Positions 38,918 through 51,030 of a DNA stretch of 64,000 nt are shown piece after piece. The translations under genes were made by a program, and so were the position numbers. How positions within the stretch are numbered: the first letter of the stretch is position 1; each line of letters starts with the position of its first letter. Source of the DNA: Camelus ferus (lineage: Eukaryota). Below the pieces are notes generated by a model. That model was not told the DNA's origin. It saw nothing but the letters and a program-made list of their open reading frames with translations, and made no database searches. The DNA lies in NCBI RefSeq assembly GCF_009834535.1, contig NC_045697.1, positions 37,388,001 through 37,452,000 of the forward strand, read 5' to 3'.

Positions 38918-40717
38918 GTAAATGCTTGGCTTTCTGTGATGATCTGCTTGGAGAACTTTCTGTCCTGTCCCTAATTATGGGTGACATATGAACATATGGC
39001 TGAATCATAGATAAAATGTTACTGGCGGGGCCTAGAGGGCGTCAAGCAAAATCTTTGTTAGTTTCCCCGATCTTTTGATACATAGCGACTTTGGGTACGA
39101 CTCCAGCCGAAGGTCTGCAAGGCTGTGCGACTCTTCCTAATGAGATTACAGTATGGTTAGCCCATTTGTCCTGGTGCTGTGAGTAAACCCTGAGAATAAA
39201 TTAGGCCCTCTGGGAAAGCGGCATTTTAATGCCTTCAGATTCCAGATACTCCCACTTAGTAAAAACACTTCAGGGAACTCAAGGCCTCTGAAGGCCTAAA
39301 CAGACCAACACTTCAAAAGAATTGACCCACTTTTAGGGAGTAAATTCCAGAAAAAATAACTCAGTCAGCTAAGTACCCCATGTCCTTCCTGGGTTCTTAA
39401 TAGAAGGCAGTTCATTCATTTAAAACATTGTGACCTCTTAGAAACAAAAGGAAAATTTGATCGTTGGATTTCTGTACCTCATTTCCTGTGAAGAATTCAG
39501 TGATTCATCGGTGTTTGTGCTGTTAATATCCTTGCCAGGAGGAGGTTTCCTGGCGAGTCAGGGGAGGGGTGGGGGAGGAGTATCTTTTTGTTGATGTAAA
39601 AAGTGAAGTACTCAGGGCTGAAGAGACATCCCCAGGTTATAGGAGGAGAAAAGCGTTTCAGTTCCAGCCCTGGACTTGTACCTGGACTGGGGTCATCATT
39701 GCAGCCTCATCCATGGCATTGCAGAAGAAGACCAAATGCATTTATCCTAGATTGTTGGTCAGAGCGCCCTCAAGAGTCACAGTTCCTCACTGCAGCATTT
39801 GGACATGATCACCTGCTCTGTCTTCCTTATGTAATTGTTGTTAGGGAGACAGAATTGTGCAAATTCTGGCTCCATCAAGGTTAATCAAGGGTGAATAAAA
39901 TTGATTGTCATATTTGCTATAAAGAAGGTTGAAATGGACTCGGCCTCTCTTTAGTTTATTGATTACTCTTCCCTGGGTGGGTCGCTGAAAAGAAATACAG
40001 GTTAATGAGCCACAACTAGCCTCTGGGTCTGGGTCCCTGATTGTCAAGCCAACTATGTTTGTTCTTTGACATTCAAGAAAGGTACTCTGTAATTTCCAGG
40101 TGGTAATGAAGTATCCTGCTTATTATTAATAGGATGGGCAGACATCTGGAAAAATGGGGAAACGATCGCATTAGCCAAGTCAGGATCACCAGAGCTCACA
40201 GATTTTCTTTATAGGGAAAGTCACCGTCAGTAACTCAGAACTCTACTTAATTATTACTGGATTACGATGTTTGGAGCATTCAGTAATTTATCTTACAGCA
40301 ATGAAGGAAATCAGGGCTTTGTTGTCGGACCCAGACTCAACTGACTGAGAAAGAGTAGATGGAAAACTAACTAATTGTAGCCTCGAACCATAGCTCAACC
40401 ATTATGAGATAATTTATTTGCAGAATAAATTAGTGAGGCTGGGAGGTGCATAATTCATTTTGGAGAACTCTTTCAAAATTGGTCAGAATTAAACGAGAAG
40501 TATATTTTGATTATGACATTGATTTCTCTGGAACACCCAATTTCCATGGGTGTTGAAATGGACAATTAAAAAACATTTTATGTGTAATCTGTTGGCCCAA
40601 TGATGTATCTGTATTATCTTTACACAGTAGAGGTGGCAGCATATTTTACCTATGGAATGAGGTTTGTATTTGCTTATGTGAGGTCCCAGTTGGCTTGAAA
40701 CTCATAAGGTCCCCTTG

Positions 40718-41207
40718 TGTTACTGAATGCAAGTTTATGTGCCTGATGCACCATGAGGCCAAACAAACGGAGGCATCAGAGTTTGGAGCAGAGAAAGGTT
40801 TATTGTAGGGCCAAGCAAGGAGGATGGGGTGGCCCATGCCCAAGAAAACTCTGCCCAAGAAAACCCCAGACTCCCTGAAGGGTTTCAGCAAAGCATATGT
40901 AAAGGCCAGGTGAGGGAGGAGGGTCGCAGGTATGTGATCAGCTCGTGCACGATTCTCTGATGTGTTGATGTTGAGGTAACAGGGCGGTCAACACCATCAA
41001 CCCCTGGTTGCTAGAAGTCTGGGGGCCACGTGCTCATGATCATCAAGTAGTTCGTTTCTTCCCTTTGATGGTGGTTTTTAACATCTGAAAAACTCAGGAA
41101 ATATGTGGGAAATACTATTATATGAGTACTTCAGAGAGGAGCCACAGCAGAGGATATGGGGGAGGGACCTGCCCCGGGAAGGCCCCATAGGGTTCTGCTC
41201 ACTTACA
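40718..41207 (-). mobile_element. Solo LTR, ERV1 class (MER41-like, cetartiodactyl type), in KIT intron 2
   Basis: 490 bp bounded by TGTTA...TTACA; 4-bp TSD CTTG (40714-40717, 41208-41211); AATAAA on the minus strand (TTTATT 40799-40804). Family name from memory. Confidence 0.8.
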
Positions 41208-41559
41208 CTTGTGCATAGGAATTTATTTGATTTCCAGAAGTTCTATTTAAACATCTTTCAAGGACTATGAATAGAGTGAGGCCCACACGTTATGTGTACT
41301 GGTTGGCCTCTCGATAGTTTTCTAGAATCTTCTCAGAAGCTGAATGATCCTGGGGACTGGGAACTCTGGAAAGCAGCCCACGCGGAGGGGTCAGAGGAGA
41401 ACACCTCTCCCCAGCTGTGAGGTGTCACCAGGCTGGCCTGTTCTTCCTTGCCCACGTTCCTTGGAGTGTTACCTGTCTTAGAAAAAAAGGAACTATGATG
41501 ATAAAATATTCTCGGAGTTTTAAGAGCTCAAATTGTGGTATCAATCAGACCCGGTTTTG

Positions 41560-41658
41560 GGGGAGGATATAGCGCAGTGGTAGAGTGCGTGCTTAGCATG
41601 TGCAAGGTCCTGGGGTCAATCCCCAGTACTTCCACTAAAAAATAAAAGTAAAAACATT
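41560..41658 (+). mobile_element. Vic-1-like SINE (short form) inserted into a MIR
   Basis: tRNA-Ala-like head and A tail; perfect 17-bp TSD AATCAGACCCGGTTTTG at 41543-41559 and 41659-41675. Confidence 0.92.
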
Positions 41659-42041
41659 AATCAGACCCGGTTTTGAGTTCCAGCCAGACATTTCTGGGCC
41701 ATCTCACGTGAGGAGAGTTGCTGTTTTTGAGACCTTAGTTTCTTCACCTATAAAATGATGATGATGATAGTGTCCACCACACAGGGGTGTTTTGAGAATT
41801 AAATGAGGTCAAGTGTGTCACGGTCCAAGTTTAGTGCCTGACACCTGGCAAACGTTTCCTTAATGTTAGCTCTTACTTGTGAATATGAGTAGGGTAAATT
41901 CTACTTTTGCTTGCAAGGAATAAAGCCGGCAGCCACTGGGGTCACTAGGGATTGTTGTTAGGAGGGGCACTGCTTTAGATCTGTGTGTTTTCGGTGTCTG
42001 TGACCAGCCATTTCAACCACTCATTGTTGGTTATGCTGTAG

Positions 42042-42323
42042 ATCCCGAGAAGCTTTTCCTCGTCTTCCTGCCCTTGTACGGGAAAGAGGACAGCGACACG
42101 CTGGTCCGCTGTCCTCTGACGGACCCGGAGGTGACCCATTACTCCCTGACCGGGTGCGAGGGGAAACCTCTTCCCAAGGACCTGACGTTTGTCGCTGACC
42201 CCAAGGCTGGCATCACCATCAGAAACGTGAAGCGCGAGTATCACCGGCTTTGTCTGCACTGCTCCGCGAACCAAGGGGGCAAGTCCGTGCTGTCGCAGAA
42301 ATTCACCCTCAAAGTCCGGGCAG
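42042..42323 (+). CDS. KIT: KIT exon 3 (Ig D2)
   Basis: Acceptor tgtag|AT; donor CAG|gtacgg; 282 nt; [48 protein letters not shown]...FTLKVRA. Confidence 0.98.
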
Positions 42324-43363
42324 GTACGGGCCCGTGCCTCCTTTCCTCCGGGAGTCGGAGCATCCTTTGATCTAAAAGAAGTCTTCTTTCTTGTCAGTGG
42401 TCCATCTTAGTATGTTGATCACGCAGCTGCTCTGAGTAGTTCCCCTAGCTTCAAAATAACGCCAGCTGCTTATGAATTCTTTATTTCACAGTCTCAGTCC
42501 CACGTGACTGGTCCATGACCACCTTCGGCTGCGTGTGTCTACCATGGATGAGTATTTAGACTGTCCTGCGGTCAGTCGTCAAACCTACTGACATCAGGAC
42601 ATCCCGAAGTTTTATAATTGCTTCCAGGAGAAACTCTTTGGAAAGCCTTAGTTACACTGTTTAAAAAGATGAGCGTACAGATTTTCACTCCTTGATTTAC
42701 TATTGATCTATGAATTGACTGCCTCTTCAGCTATTTAATTTTAATGCCTTGTCAAACTATTCATAATCTAAGGAGGAAAGTACCAGCTGACGATGGACAT
42801 TGTTACTAATGCAGCATTATGTAGAATATTTTGGTAGCTGGAAGATACCTAGATTTTTTTGTATTTCAGAGATCATCTAATTCAATACCAGTCGGCATTT
42901 AGTGATTGAGTGATTAAGGATTTTGAAAAAGGATGCTCACTGGAATTAAGGAAAGTTTGATGATTTAAAACCTGTGATTTTAAGAAACGAGTAAGATACT
43001 ATTTTTTTACAGTGCCTGGGGAAAATGCCTGTTTGGCTAAAAGAATATAATTAGTTGTAGGTCACATCCTCAGGAAACCATCAAGGTCATGTGAGGTGAA
43101 GATGAAGGCTGCCTCACTATGCCAGGGCTTCTGTCTGTTTCAAAACAGCATTGTTCAGGGGCGTTGTAATCTCAGAGCAACATTGCTATCTTTGTCACTC
43201 GATGGGAGTGAGTTTACTTGAGGGATGCATAATTTAATTGCTGATTCCTTCAGATATTCATGTAATACAGATCGGTTAGTACCCTACCTTATGTCTTATT
43301 TAAAAGACCACTAAGTGAGCTGTGGACAGCTGAGGAAAAATGGTAAGTTAAAATGTCATGCTA

Positions 43364-43511
43364 GGGGAGAGGGGAGAGCTCAGGGGTAGAGTGCGTGCTT
43401 AGCATGTTCGAGGTGCTGGGTTCAATCCCTAGTACCTCCACTAAATAAATAAACAAACCTAATTAATTATCCCAAGCCGCCAATGTAATAAAGTAAAAAA
43501 AAAATTTTTAG
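43364..43511 (+). mobile_element. Vic-1-like SINE just upstream of KIT exon 4
   Basis: tRNA-like head, AAATAAATAAACAAACCTAATTA segment, A tail; TSD ATGTCATGCTA at 43353-43363 and 43512-43522. Confidence 0.9.
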
Positions 43512-43570
43512 ATGTCATGCTATCGTACAACCAGTTATTTGAGGGCTGTGTTTTGTGTGTTTTCTTTTAG

Positions 43571-43707
43571 CCATCAGAACTGTACCACTTGTGTCTGTGT
43601 CCAAAGCAAGCTTTCTTCTCAGGGAAGGGGAGGAATTCACAGTGACGTGCTTGATAAAAGATGTGTCTAGTTCTGTGGACTCCATGTGGATAAGGGAAAA
43701 CAGCCAG
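43571..43707 (+). CDS. KIT: KIT exon 4 (Ig D3, N-terminal half)
   Basis: Acceptor tttcttttag|CC; donor CAG|gtgagt; 137 nt; [45 protein letters not shown]. Confidence 0.98.
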
Positions 43708-46147
43708 GTGAGTGAATGGCTTCTTCCATTTTTCTCAACATACCATTCTCTGTAGGTGGGAGCTTTGAAGGTTTCTGTTTAAAAGAGACTATTAATTGTC
43801 TGGGGATGGCTCAGCTGGTGTGTCTGTCAGAGGTGGAACCGTCTGGGAGTGTGTTGAGATGCGTTATTTCCCCCTTTTCTAGCACCATATGTAGATGTGT
43901 ACATCCATTACTAGTAACAAAGAAATGTCATTTTGTAAATTTCTTTTGAGAAAATGAGAAACTTCAGACTCATTATTACTTTATGCTGTTTCTCTGAATG
44001 ATTTTTTTTAAAGTAATGGTTAACTGTATAAATATCTTGATTTTTAAAGCTATTCAGGCTAGATTATTTAAAATATTGGGAACAGTTGCCGATTTTTTTC
44101 CTTCCATCTATAAAAACAAATGGTCTCAGATATTAACCAGGATGCTCTTCCCTCCCCCACAAAGTGGCCTATCCACTTCAGAGATGGATTTCTTTTTGTA
44201 TGGATCTGATTTCCTCCTTTGCGCCTGGTTACCTGAGATCAGGTTGCTAATGGTTTTCTATTTGTTTTAGTTGCTATTAATAAAATGGTAATCTTTAACC
44301 TGAAACATTTGGACATGTTTTGGTTATCATTCTTTTGACAAATGCATATTGAATGTCTGCTATATGTCAGATACCATGTTAGGCATATCTTAAATAAATT
44401 TTAGCCGGTTACATTTGAAGTTTCTCCTCTCCCCTGAATACTCATATTAGTAACAAGCCTTTAAAATGTCCAATTTCCCTAATATTTTGCTTTGAGATTC
44501 TTATTGACAGAGTTTTCAATAAATTTTTGTTTGAATAATCTTGGCCATCTCATTAATTTGTTCTCATGGTAGTTTTTCTTTTGTACACATATGTGTTACG
44601 TTGGAAATATACTATCTTTTTCTTCTCCTCTTCATCTTCTTCCTCTTCATGCTCCGTATTCAACATTGGCATTTTCATGCCTGTTTAGAGAATCCTTGGC
44701 TAAACAAGTAACCATGGTGATTAGCATAAAGCAAAGCATTACGATGGAATTGGTGCAGACCTGTGATGGATGATAACCTTGCTCAGTGAAGCCTGCCATT
44801 GGCTAGGAGAATGGAACCAGTGGCTCAGAGAAACAAGTTCTAGTTTTGCATCATATAACTTAATAAAAACCATAGCTTATATATGGAATTTTGACTATCC
44901 TGATAGAACACAATCCCATGTTAATTGCCTTTCTATGATCCTTGATTTCAGATGAGAGAACAATTTAAACTGTGTGTGTGTATCTGAGTCTCCGTGTAAC
45001 TTGAAAATCAGCCTTTTTGAGCCAAGGAATTAAATTGCCCCAGGCAGTTTTGTTCTGAATCATTTTCCCAGGAGCCCTGCGTGCCATTCCCAATTAATCC
45101 ACTGGCGCTGGTAGATAAGGCTTTAGTGTTGGGAGCTCTGGGGAAATCCCAGCGTGCACCTCCAAGGGTTAAGGAAAACCAAATCACGGGCAAACAATAT
45201 GTAACGTGTGACTTGCAGATGGGGCTCATGGCTGCATGCCAGGGTTCATCCATAAATCTTTTATTGGTATCCTTTGGCTTAATTTGGAATACGTAGCACT
45301 GTGATAGCACTATGAAATTATTTTAAAAATCCGTAGCATTTGATTTGGATCATTTAGAATAAGTTTAACTCACAGTGAAGTTTAGGGTAAAATGACTATT
45401 GTAGAATTTTTGCAATTGTTTGTTTTAAAACATTAAAGAGAGTCTTGGAGTTTATTCAATACTGTGAATCTTGGTTAGCTTTTCTAATACTTCTAAGAAA
45501 ACCCTCATGTTTTTACTTGCTTTTAATTATGATCTTTGACAGGATCTTAAATTATGGCCTTTGGGTTTAGGTGTTGATATTGTATCAATTATGACCAAAC
45601 TATTCCTCTGGGCACCGAAGTGTTCATTGTCCTCTTTAACTCCTTAAACAGGGCCTCCTGGGCTCGTGCAGGGACTACAAGGAAGAGACTGTGAATCTAG
45701 AACACAGTATGTGGCCTGTCCATTGTCACTGCCTTTGCAGAGGAGAAGTCTGTGACGTGGTGGACTGGAAGAAGCCAGAGAAAAATGTCTCTTTGCCCTT
45801 CTCTTCTTCCTAACAATTGCTCTTAGGCAGCAAAATGTCAGATTTCTGCCAATTATTAGGAGACTTTCTTAGAAGGGAATGTCTTTAAGTCGACATAGTG
45901 CTCCAAACTCCAAAGGCCTTTAACGACCTTTGTTCTCTCATTCCCTTTTGGAAACAGAAGCTGAGACAAGTGGCATCTTTGACTTGGCCAAGATCTCACA
46001 GTCAGTTAACAAAGCAGGTTTCTCTTCTTTTTATTTCAAAACATTCAACTTTGGCATTTTATGTGTGCTTATTTTAGTGTAAAAACTTTTCCAAAAATAT
46101 AATAACATGAGAAAAACAGAATAGATAAAAATCCCACCATTGTACAT

Positions 46148-46458
46148 AGCAGCAACTGTGCAATAGAAATATAATGTGAGCCTCCTATGTAATTTAAAGT
46201 TTTCTAGTAGATACATGAGAGAGTAGCAAAAAAGTAAAATTGATTTTAATGTCTTTTATGAAATCCAGTATATCCAAAATATTTTATCTTGTAACTAACA
46301 TAAAATTATTAATGGGATATTTATACTTTTTTTTCCATGTGAAGTGTTCAAAATCTGGAACATATTGTATATTTACAACACAACTCAATTTGTACTTACT
46401 GCAAATTACTTTCAAGTTCTCAGTAGTCATGTGTTTCGTCTTGTAAGTGCTGGATTGC
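46148..46458. mobile_element. hAT-Charlie relic (MER33-like)
   Basis: CAATAGAAATATAATGTGAGCC..ATGTAATTTAAAGTTTTCTAGTAG...TTTCAAGTTCTCAGTAGTCATGTG. Confidence 0.7.
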
Positions 46459-47773
46459 CCATTTTTTTTTCATATTTCTTTTCTCTCTGTCCTCATGCAT
46501 TTGTATTATCACCTGGTTGTAGTTTTAAGGTATACTCATTTTGTGCTTTTTGCATAAAATAAGCATTTTTCTTATTTTCATAGATTCATAGTATTGATAC
46601 CTGGTATATATTTAGGTGATCTCCAATTTTTCACTGCAGTAAATATCTTGGAGCTTTTGTTTTCTGTTGAGTTATTTCCTTGAGATAAATGTGCTAGAGT
46701 TGATCCGGGGTATGAACATGCCTCCAAGTTGCTTTCTAGAAGGATTGCTCTGATTTACAGTACTGTCAGAACGGTCTGATGCTAATAGCTTCACCAAAGC
46801 CTGGCCAGTGAATCACCCTTGATCTTGGTCCATGTCAGTATCAACTCCTGTTTACTTTCTTTTTTCAGTTGCTTTTTTTTTTTTTTCAATTGTAGTAGGA
46901 ATTTATTCATGTTACAGAAAATTTGGAAGATGCAGAACACTCTCCGCTACTCCCTTCAATCTCTTCACAGGGTGGTTATAGTTTATACTATGGTTTTTCC
47001 CCATGATGTTTTCCATACAAGGAATCTCTCCATGCTTTATCTACAGATAAATATTACCAGGGGGATGGTGAGATCACAAGAGTAAATTTACAACCATTTT
47101 TCTTATGCTTAAAATTTTAAGCTTATGCTTAAAATTGGGCTTTGGTCTCATGTCTCACATACTTTGAAACTTCCTTTAATAGTTGCCAGAGTCCTGCTGG
47201 GTAAGAACTATAGGGTGAATTCTCAAGTTAGACTTAAACATTGTAATTCTATTTTCATTCATGAAAATAATATAAATGCTAATAAAATAGCACGATTGTT
47301 ATTAGTGATATGTTTTCTTTCAAGCACTGGGATATAGCATAGAAAAATATATATATAATAGGAAGTATTAATGTGCTGTACGAAGATAAGGATATATTTA
47401 GTATGCTGATTTGTAAAATATCAGTATTCTGTAATATTTCCTATGTAGGAACTTCTAAAGTTTGTTACCGTTAAAAAATATTTAGCACTGCAGAGAATTT
47501 GGAATTATGTATGCTATGGTTATGAAGAAATGAATTTTCATGTTTTTTTCCAATCATTAATAATGACTATCTTTCAATATAATCCTGTAATATGAAGTGT
47601 TCCAAAGACAGACTTGTCATGATGTTTTATTATTCTTTCTTAAGTGGTGTATAATGAATGCTAATATGGAAAAGTTAATTGCTGCTATTTTTAATTTATC
47701 TGGGAAAGATCCTGAATATAAATTTTATGGTAATCTTTGATTTTTTTTTTTCCTTCCCTTCTGAAACCCACAG

Positions 47774-47942
47774 ACTAAAGCACAGGTGAAGCGGAATAGC
47801 TGGCATCAGGGTGACTTCAATTTTCTACGTCAGGAAAGACTGACTGTCAGCTCAGCGAGAGTTAACGATTCTGGAGTGTTCATGTGTTATGCCAATAATA
47901 CTTTTGGATCAGCTAATGTCACAACAACCTTAGAAGTAGTAG
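47774..47942 (+). CDS. KIT: KIT exon 5 (Ig D3, C-terminal half)
   Basis: Acceptor cccacag|ACT; donor TAG|gtaaat; 169 nt; [56 protein letters not shown]. Confidence 0.98.
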
Positions 47943-49521
47943 GTAAATATCTCTGGGAATGTATAAATTACTGGCAGTAGTGAATGAAGAAATTACTAGA
48001 TAGTTTCCTTTCTCTGTTAATGGAATGTTGAACAGATTCTTAGATATTTTATTATCACTGAATGAATAAATGAATGAATGAACACATGAAAGAAAATGAT
48101 TGTTGTAGCCTCTTCCGGCGAGAGCACAAAGGCAGATTCTGCCAGTTTCACGGAGGGAAGTGGAAAGCTGTAACTGAAGTTGTTTGAACGTGTCATTTGC
48201 TGCTTCCCCGATTCCCCCCCAACAATTGAAATGTAGGTTGAGCTTTCCCCAAAATTTTAGTCCTTGCTGAATGGCTTGAGTTTGGAAATGGATGCAGATG
48301 CTCCCTTTGGAGGAGTGCATATGCTTAGAGCTGAAAGTATTTCCCCGAGTCATTTCATGAGGCTCCTCAGCCTTTTGGTTTATCATTTTACCGCTCGTGG
48401 GTGCTAGTGCCTTTGTAGTAGAAAGGGCTGAATTGGGCTTTTCCTCCTCAGAACACCCCTGACCTCACCCTGTCCTCCAACCTTATGGGCTTGTAGCATA
48501 AATCTTCAGGAAGGCAGCCCACTGAGCACAGGTCATTGGTTCTACAGAGCATAAATGGAAACCTGGTAACCTGTGCCCTAACTCCGTCCATCATCTCTGG
48601 CATACACGCTGGGTTTAGTCTTCCCTGCTCCAGAAATCTCTACCTAATCTCTACTAAATATCTACCTAATGAGAGCAGACTATAGTGAAGTACATGATGT
48701 TTTTGATTTACTGAAAATAACAATAATTTAAAAATTACTTCATTTATCCTCTTGTCTTTTGAATATTGTTGGCATTTAATCTATTTTCTTGTCTTTTTAA
48801 TGCAACCAAATTCTCAGCTCTTGACTTTTAAGTACTTGTTAGGGTGGTGAAATTCTTCATCATGAGCAATGATAAAATGAAATGATATTTGTGTTCAGTT
48901 CTCTCCTTTCCCCCGTATTTCTTCAATAATTTATGCAGCAATGTTAGAGGTCTGTGATTTCTCCCACAGTAATCGCCTATGATTTTGGCATTTCTGCCCA
49001 TGTTTTAATGGAAAGTATCTCACCAGACTGAATGTGGAAGAGACACTTCACTTGCAATTATAAAGCCAGCCCAGAGAAAGAGTATTGCTCTGTCCCTAAG
49101 CATGGTTGTGAACCATTTATTAATTTGAATAAAAGGCTATGCTTTTAAAATATTAAACTTCATAAGTGCTAATTTGCTAAGTTGATTAGGGAGCATGTTG
49201 ATATATCAGCTTCAGCTCCAGAAAGCAATTAGTAAGGATGTTTTGAGCATATTGTTGTATGTAATCAGATTTTTAAAATCCATTCATCAATTTCCAACAA
49301 TATAACTGTATAACTGGAAAGACTTGGGACTGTGAAACCTGAATCTGGTTTTATGCTGTTTCGGGAGCGCGTTGGAGTGGAACAAGGACAGGAAGAGACA
49401 AAGAGAAAACTAATTTCTTTAGGGGCTGGAAATAGGATTTGGACATGAGATGGAGTGGTGCAGAGCACGGGGCTTCGGGATGGCCCCGACCTGGTTTTGA
49501 GCTGGGGCTCTGCCACTTAGC

Positions 49522-49737
49522 TTTTTTTTTTTTAAATTTTTTATTGAAGTGTAGTCAATTTACAATGTTGTGGTAGTTTCCGGTATACAGTGTGGTGATT
49601 CAGTTTTATATCTATATACACACACACACATATAGATACTTTTTCACTATAGGTTATTATAAGGTATTGAATCTAGTTCCCTGTACTATATATAGCAGGG
49701 CCTTGTTGTTTATGTATTTTAGTATATCGTAGTTTGC
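49522..49737 (-). mobile_element. L1 3' end fragment
   Basis: TTTATTGAAGTGTAGTCAATTTACAATGTTGTG...GGTATTGAATCTAGTTCCCTGTACTATA; similar to 10466-10846. Confidence 0.82.
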
Positions 49738-50955
49738 ATGCTGTTTAACTTTTGAATGCATCTCACTTTAATTTTCTCTTCTGAGAAGCACAGCCTCTAA
49801 CTCCCAAAGCTGCAGAAAGGAGAAAGGCAATGGCTTTTATAGATGTGCCTGGCATAGTGTTAGCACTTGATTAAATGTTAATGTATCACCAATTTCTTAA
49901 TGCACACTTACTTGAAGAAATCATTTTTTATGTTATAACAACTCGGGTGGGGCTCTTTGATTCTAGTAATTCTTATACTTCATGAATTTGAGACTGTGTT
50001 CTATTATAGGACATAAAACTATGTTGAGCAAACTAGACTACAGATAAACTCTGGAGGAACTTAAGTATTTTTTACATATACGTGATTGTGAGAGAACTGA
50101 GTGCAAATGTTGTTGCCTGTAATATTTGAATATTTTGCATTCTGTAGTATCTTTGACTTTATGACCTTGAGTACCTGAACATTTAATGTAGCATTCAGAC
50201 AAAATATTTATTTCCTCGAAATTAACCTAAATTAGCTTAAAGAATGGCGGAGGAGGGGGTACCATTTATGATTCAGATATTAGAAAAGGGGGTGATTTCC
50301 ATCCTTGATTTCATTTGGATGATGTTTTATTTTCACCTGAAAAATATTTCTTCCATCGATACAAAGGGCAGTTGGACTCCATTTTTTATTCTGAATCTGT
50401 AGGAAACTAAAGGACAGTAAATAGTCTAATGAGAACCTCATGTGGGATATAATTATATTTAGCCAAGTAGTGCCAAAGATAAGGGCAATTTAAAATTTTA
50501 TAATTAACTTTCAAATTTTGAAGAATAAATAGAAGAATAAGATTAAAACTCTTCCATAATTCTGCTGACTTGATATAACCATTTTTAGGTTTTGGCATAT
50601 TGTTTATATTTTTACATGCAACAGGGGTTTAATTATACATATAATTTCATTTTCTCTCTCTTTCTCACTTAAAGTGTATGGAGACTCCAGGTGTGCTGCA
50701 GGGAGAAGAGGCCAGCCTTGGGTAGCCAGCTATATGGCTTTCCAGGACTTGATTTTTTTCATCTATAAATTATGGGTCACAAGCGGTTTCTTTCCGTATT
50801 GTTGTAACAGTGAATATTTGCTATAATTATTAAATAAAATGTATGTTAAAGTACTCAGGGCAGTTCTTGGCACATAGCAGGCATTCCATAAATGGAGACT
50901 ATAAATATAATATTGACAATTATTTTATTATAGTCTTTTCCAAGCTTTTATTTTA

Positions 50956-50959
<4 letters not shown>

Positions 50960-51022
<63 letters not shown>
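50960..51022. repeat. (TAT)21 microsatellite
   Basis: Uninterrupted trinucleotide run of 63 nt in intron 5. Confidence 0.95.

Positions 51023-51030
<8 letters not shown>

Noticed and set aside
39025..39045. CTCF-like motif CCTAGAGGGCGTC in intron 2
   Set aside because: Only the 3' part of the core matches; unsupported without ChIP or conservation data.
41560..41635. Apparent tRNA-Ala(AGC) genes here and at the five other SINE heads
   Set aside because: A-rich tails, target-site duplications on several copies, and mutated A/B boxes or stems mark them as SINEs.
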